A DNA stretch of 7,981 bases, taken from assembly GCA_028693335.1 (NCBI GenBank), contig JAQUVR010000025.1, positions 1 through 7,981 on the forward strand, given 5' to 3'. Source of the stretch: Candidatus Iainarchaeum sp. GTDB taxonomy: Archaea; Iainarchaeota; Iainarchaeia; Iainarchaeales; CSSED10-239. The translations under genes were made by a program, and so were the position numbers. Below are positions 5,494 to 7,981 of this stretch, piece by piece. The notes under the pieces were generated by a model. The model did no database searches. It had not been told where the DNA came from and saw only the letters and a list, made by a program, of their open reading frames with translations. Each line of letters starts with the position of its first letter. Position 1 is the first letter of the stretch.

Positions 5494-7981
5494 CTAATTA
5501 TCTGTTGGTATTACAGTTTCCTCTTCATTATATTTATAACTTGGATTATACCATAATTTAAATGTTTTTTTTGTGTTTGTTTCATTAAAACTAAAACACA
5601 TTTTTCCATTTCTTATTGAATCATATATTTCTCTTTCTGATTCAATGATTCCAATTTCTCTTTGACCATCTATTAAGTATTTTATTAATGTTGAATTTAT
5701 GTTCATTCCTTCTTCTCTTTCTATAATTGCAGGAACAGAATAAACAAATTTATAATAGTCTAAAGATTCTGGTTTTGTTTTTACACTATTTAGATTAAAT
5801 AATAATCTTTCTGTTGAGATTATTCTTATTTGATCTGTGTTTGGTTGTTGAATATTTAATGTATTAAACACAAAGAATGTTGTTTTGAATAATGTTGGTT
5901 TATCATTATATTCTAACAAAGTATATTCATTTTGTTGACTTCCAGCAACTGGTGGTCTCCTTGTATATGAACTAATTATTGTATTATTTTCATTTTTTAT
6001 AAACCAATTTGTTGGAGTTGATAATGTTTGATAATTACCAGAAAGATAATATTCTAAATTATATCCAAATGGAGCAGTTGACATTACTTGTAATGGTCTG
6101 ATATCTGCAAAGTTGGAGTCAACATATTTATTATCACTACCAACACCAAATGTAAATATATAACCGTCTTGAACAACATCCCAATTTGAATAATCAAGAT
6201 ATACTTTTGCTGATTTAGTTTCTGATGGTTGTAATGTTGTTCTTGTTGTTTCTAAAACAAATGGTACAGCTCTAGTATCAACATAATTATAATATAATGC
6301 ATTTATTGGTGTGGTAAAGAAAATATTTTTTCTAAAATTTTCATTAGTTTTATGTGGATTAATAAAATCATATTCTGATGATTCATCTAAAATGCTGAAA
6401 CTATAATTTACATCTTTATCTTCGCCATCAATAATTGAAAGTATTACTATTAATGATTGTGGAGTGTCTATTGGAATATCTATTGCGTGATTATCTAAAT
6501 TTAATTTAAATTTATACAAATCACTTCCCCAATTATCACTAGTAAAGATCTTGTGTGTTTCAGAATCTGGCATTAAACTTCCATAACTTTTTGTATTTAC
6601 TATAAATGGACTTAATGTTACTCCATAGTAAATATCCATTGTACCTAAGAAATCTTTTAGATAATCTACATATTTGTCTTTATTTGCTTCATTTATGTTT
6701 ATTATCTTATTATAGATATCTTCATCTAAAAATGCTCTAACAGTAAATGAATAATATGTTGTTGTATCTATTTGGTATTTGTAAAAATATTCTGTTTCTT
6801 CTTCTTTAAAAATTTCTTCAGAAATTGCCATAAATTGAGCAGCATCTTGATCTTTAGCATTAATTGTTATTATTGCAAAACTGCTTAATCTGTCAGGAAC
6901 ATTCTCATTAATTATGTTTCTTAAAATTAAATAATATTGTTCTGGTTGTAACCTTGTGGTTTCAGTAATATTAATTAATCTGTTATTTATTTCTGATTGT
7001 AAATTAATGTCTAGATTATTACCAATCTCTTGTTTTTCTATTTTTAAACTATTATCCATTAGTTTAAAATTAATTGACGTGCCTTTACTTTTTAGATTTA
7101 CAAATTTACTTGGATTTTTTAACAAATCTACTTTTTTACTCATTGCAACACGTAATTGATCTTGATCACAATAATAAATACCATAATCACAAGTGTTGTG
7201 TTTTATTTCTGATTTTTCCCAACTAAATAATAATCTGTTAAATCCATATTTATTATAATTATCTAAACCAGTATATCCTAGATCTGAGGTGTTAAATGCC
7301 TTTGGACCATAACATTCTCCTTCTGTTGCATCAATTGCATCTGTTGTTATTGTATAGTCACTGGTATCTAGGTGAGATGTTTTTTCTGATTCAAATCCAC
7401 CTAATTCTGTTGTTAATGAAAATGCTACATTTCTATAAATGATATTGTTCCATGCAACAGATCTATTAAAAACAACAACTGCAGGATCTTTAATATCAAA
7501 TAATTTTCTTTGTACTGGATTTGTATCTGGGTTCATATAAATAATTTTATCAATAACTACTGAGGATTCATCAGTTGTTAATTTACTAAAAGGACGAGAT
7601 ACACACACTCTAAACTCACCTTTTACTGGGAAAGTTATTGTTGATGTTGCTGAACTAATTGTAAATGCACCAGAATTTATTTTTCTAGATAGTAAATAAT
7701 CTATAAAAGATTTTCTTGTAAGTTTTGGTAATCCTCTACTACAAAGTTCATACAGATCTCCATCAAAACATGTATTTAAGCTTGTTTGAGTTGATACAAA
7801 ATCAGTCTCTTCATCAAATCTATCTTTATTAATTCTTATGTTAATTATTGTTCCTGATTGATCAGAAATAACTTCACAACTTGCCATCTCTGGAGTTAAC
7901 TTTGTTGCTGGTACATCAGTTACAGGCGTTGTTAAATCAGCATTTGGATCAATAGTTCCATCTTGTGCTGGTGTTTGTGAT
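5494..7981 (-). CDS. Partial CDS (829 or more codons; the 5' end lies beyond the right window edge). Large orphan, probably extracytoplasmic protein of unknown function.
   Basis: The track ORF 5494..7887 (797 aa, TAG stop at 5496..5494) continues in frame upstream of the ATG with no stop. Codons 7980..7888 read SQTPAQDGTIDPNADLTTPVTDVPATKLTPE and then MASCEV follows. No SD-like motif precedes the ATG at 7887 (the upstream sequence is ...ACTCCAGAG). The product is Asn/Tyr/Thr/Ile-rich with no TM segment in the visible part. It has closely spaced Cys pairs (CFDGDLYELC, CDYGIYYC) typical of secreted proteins. I recognise no domain. Confidence 0.85.
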   Translation of the reverse strand, partial: SQTPAQDGTIDPNADLTTPVTDVPATKLTPEMASCEVISDQSGTIINIRINKDRFDEETDFVSTQTSLNTCFDGDLYELCSRGLPKLTRKSFIDYLLSRKINSGAFTISSATSTITFPVKGEFRVCVSRPFSKLTTDESSVVIDKIIYMNPDTNPVQRKLFDIKDPAVVVFNRSVAWNNIIYRNVAFSLTTELGGFESEKTSHLDTSDYTITTDAIDATEGECYGPKAFNTSDLGYTGLDNYNKYGFNRLLFSWEKSEIKHNTCDYGIYYCDQDQLRVAMSKKVDLLKNPSKFVNLKSKGTSINFKLMDNSLKIEKQEIGNNLDINLQSEINNRLINITETTRLQPEQYYLILRNIINENVPDRLSSFAIITINAKDQDAAQFMAISEEIFKEEETEYFYKYQIDTTTYYSFTVRAFLDEDIYNKIININEANKDKYVDYLKDFLGTMDIYYGVTLSPFIVNTKSYGSLMPDSETHKIFTSDNWGSDLYKFKLNLDNHAIDIPIDTPQSLIVILSIIDGEDKDVNYSFSILDESSEYDFINPHKTNENFRKNIFFTTPINALYYNYVDTRAVPFVLETTRTTLQPSETKSAKVYLDYSNWDVVQDGYIFTFGVGSDNKYVDSNFADIRPLQVMSTAPFGYNLEYYLSGNYQTLSTPTNWFIKNENNTIISSYTRRPPVAGSQQNEYTLLEYNDKPTLFKTTFFVFNTLNIQQPNTDQIRIISTERLLFNLNSVKTKPESLDYYKFVYSVPAIIEREEGMNINSTLIKYLIDGQREIGIIESEREIYDSIRNGKMCFSFNETNTKKTFKLWYNPSYKYNEEETVIPTDN

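Noticed and set aside
6956-7159. Plus-strand 67-aa ORF antisense to the upstream large gene.
   Set aside because: It has the same shadow-ORF character (Leu/Phe/Ile/Ser-rich) and is fully embedded in a much longer, coherent minus-strand ORF.
7885-7887. The ATG used by the ORF track as the start of the 797-aa protein.
   Set aside because: The reading frame continues without a stop to the window edge (31 more codons encoding a linker-like TP-rich sequence), and no SD-like motif precedes this ATG. I treat it as an internal Met, although a stop just outside the window cannot be excluded.
1-7981. Diversity-generating retroelement target/template pair, CRISPR repeats, tRNA/rRNA, and IS or integrase remnants.
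   Set aside because: I found no reverse transcriptase or recombinase ORF, no regularly spaced direct repeats, no near-duplicate 100-bp segment near either gene 3' end, and no noncoding space long enough for an RNA gene (the spacers are 31 and 38 nt). A computational self-alignment would be needed to exclude short degenerate repeats completely.

Overview
AT-rich window (roughly 30% GC by eye) that is almost entirely coding, all on the minus strand. It holds three co-directional genes separated by spacers of only 31 nt and 38 nt. None carries an enzymatic or housekeeping signature I can recognise. (1) 5494..>7981 encodes the C-terminal 829 or more codons of a large orphan protein. Its frame stays open through a Thr/Pro/Asp-rich linker to the right window edge, so the ATG at 7887 used by the ORF track is probably internal. 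(2) 270..5462 encodes a 1730-aa giant surface protein anchored at its N-terminus. In order it has a charged tail and one TM helix, six divergent prealbumin / carboxypeptidase-regulatory-like beta-sandwich repeats, and about 850 aa of unassignable beta-rich sequence. These are followed by a Gly/Ala small-xxx-small ladder with a poly-Ala hinge, three Cys-rich mini-modules and a PKD-like terminal domain. (3) <1..231 is the start of a small protein absent from the ORF track because it runs off the left edge. It has a signal peptide or anchor and its own glycine zipper. I saw no rRNA, tRNA, CRISPR array, IS element, recombinase or obvious long DNA repeat. My reading is an operon-like cell-surface or attachment cassette of the kind expected in small-genome AT-rich archaea (DPANN-like) or CPR bacteria, with unknown function. 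All domain calls are by-eye pattern matches, not searches, and the taxonomic guess is weak.
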